From Selaginella moellendorffii (taxonomy: Eukaryota; Plantae; Lycopodiophyta), in the NCBI RefSeq assembly GCF_000143415.4, contig NW_003314263.1, positions 1,886,749-1,950,748 on the forward strand: DNA of 64,000 nt, given 5' to 3'. Both the position numbers and the translations under genes were made by a program. Each line of letters opens with the position of its first letter. The stretch's first letter is position 1. Below, one piece after another: positions 62,786 through 64,000 of this stretch. The notes under the pieces are model-generated. The model saw only the letters and a program-made list of their open reading frames with translations. It made no database searches and had not been told where the DNA came from.

Positions 62786-64000
62786 ATGCGCGAGCAGCAT
62801 CAATTTTGTTCGCTACTTCGCAGTTTCTCCAAAGAGCGGTCCCTCGCCCGGATCAAAAGGCTTCACGGAATTCTGCGAGAGAATGGCTATGATCGAGATG
62901 ATACAATGCTGGGAAATGTTCTTGTCCAGGCATATGGGAACTGCGGGAACATTGAGGAATCTCGATTCGTGTTTGGGAGGATCCGGCACAGGAACATCTT
63001 CTCGTGGACAATCCTTCTTGTGGCAAATGCCCAAAATGGGCATCTTGAGGACGCTAGGCTTGTCTTTGATAGAATGCCACAGAGGAATCTTATCGCATCT
63101 AATGCAATCCTTGCGGCGTTTTGTAAGTCTGGGGATTTTGAATCAGCCGAAGATATGTTTGAGAAAATGGAGACTAAAAACACTGTCACGTCGAACACAA
63201 TGCTTGCCGCATATGCCCAAAATCGGCATTTGGATAAAACTCAAAAGTTCTTTGATATAATATTTGATCGGGATGCTTTTAGCTGGTCGATTCTCGTCAA
63301 TGCTTTTGCACAATGCGGCTATATGGATCACGCAAAGAACATTTTTGACCTGGCTCCACAGAGAGATTCTTCCCTTTGGAACGCCGTCATTGCGGGATAT
63401 TCTAGAAATGGAGATTCCGCGTCTGCTTTGGCTACGTTTCATGCAATGGATCTCCAGCCGGATCAAATTACTTTCGTTTCAGCAATCGATGCATGTTCGA
63501 CTGTCGAGGAATTGGAAGAAGTTCGTGAAAAGTTGGCGAGCTTTGATTTCAGCACGGCGGTTTACGTGGGAAACGCATTAATTGCGACGTATGGAAAATG
63601 TGGTCAGAGCATTTGTGCTAGAGATGTCTTTGATCAAATGCCGGCAAGGGATGTTCAAACGTGGAATACCATTTTAGCGACATATGCCCAAGCAGGGCAC
63701 ATGCGAAATGCTCAAGACACCTTTGAGAGAATGCCATCTCGAGATGTAGTAACGTTCAACTCCATGGTGGCAGCTTTTTCTCAAGACCGCAATCTTTCCA
63801 AGGCCAAAGAAATCTTTGATGAATGTCCGTGTGTGAACTTACAGTCCTGGAATGCTTTGCTCGCAGGAGTTGTAAACAATGAGCTAGCAAAACAGGCCAT
63901 TACACTCTTTGTCTCGATGGACTGTGAGGGCCTCCAGCCGAACAAGCTCACATTCTTGGCTGCCCTAGATGCTGCTGCGATGCTATGCTCATTGTCTCTG
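62786..64000 (+). CDS. PLS-class pentatricopeptide repeat protein (3'-truncated by the window end)
   Basis: MREQHQFCSLLRSFS..GNVLVQAYGNCGNIEESRFVF.., with repeated W..++..YAQ.GH motifs. The frame appears open to the window end, which explains its absence from the ORF list. Confidence 0.88.
   Translation, partial: MREQHQFCSLLRSFSKERSLARIKRLHGILRENGYDRDDTMLGNVLVQAYGNCGNIEESRFVFGRIRHRNIFSWTILLVANAQNGHLEDARLVFDRMPQRNLIASNAILAAFCKSGDFESAEDMFEKMETKNTVTSNTMLAAYAQNRHLDKTQKFFDIIFDRDAFSWSILVNAFAQCGYMDHAKNIFDLAPQRDSSLWNAVIAGYSRNGDSASALATFHAMDLQPDQITFVSAIDACSTVEELEEVREKLASFDFSTAVYVGNALIATYGKCGQSICARDVFDQMPARDVQTWNTILATYAQAGHMRNAQDTFERMPSRDVVTFNSMVAAFSQDRNLSKAKEIFDECPCVNLQSWNALLAGVVNNELAKQAITLFVSMDCEGLQPNKLTFLAALDAAAMLCSLSL

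Overview
Gene-dense eukaryotic plant DNA with very short (~45-70 bp) GT-AG introns, PLS-class PPR genes, CHUP1 and laccases. The pattern fits a lycophyte such as Selaginella moellendorffii (inferred from style, not searched). 1-11.9 kb is a nested, decayed LTR-retrotransposon block: Ty3/gypsy remnants and a Ty1/copia RT split by a 3.36-kb LTR element with a 5-bp TSD. The genes that follow are a Crinkler-like (REase-fold + kinase) gene trailed by a Helitron-type 3' end, an F-box/kelch gene, RPL27a, kinesin-14, a snoRNA cluster the ORF track cannot show (two H/ACA + one U38-like C/D), beta-tubulin, an unknown gene, an aldo-keto reductase, CHUP1, a divergent glutaminyl-tRNA synthetase, a CHUP1 pseudo-fragment, a second Crinkler-like gene with a SAM-like header, three laccases, a PPR gene, RanBP1, a TE-derived ORF, an MscS-like channel, tRNA-Gly(CCC) and a PPR gene running off the end. 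The most notable items are the two Crinkler-like nuclease-kinase genes at rearrangement junctions (one possibly Helitron-borne), the snoRNA cluster with AGA-type hinge boxes, and the degenerate-motif GlnRS paralogue. All calls were made by eye, without database searches.
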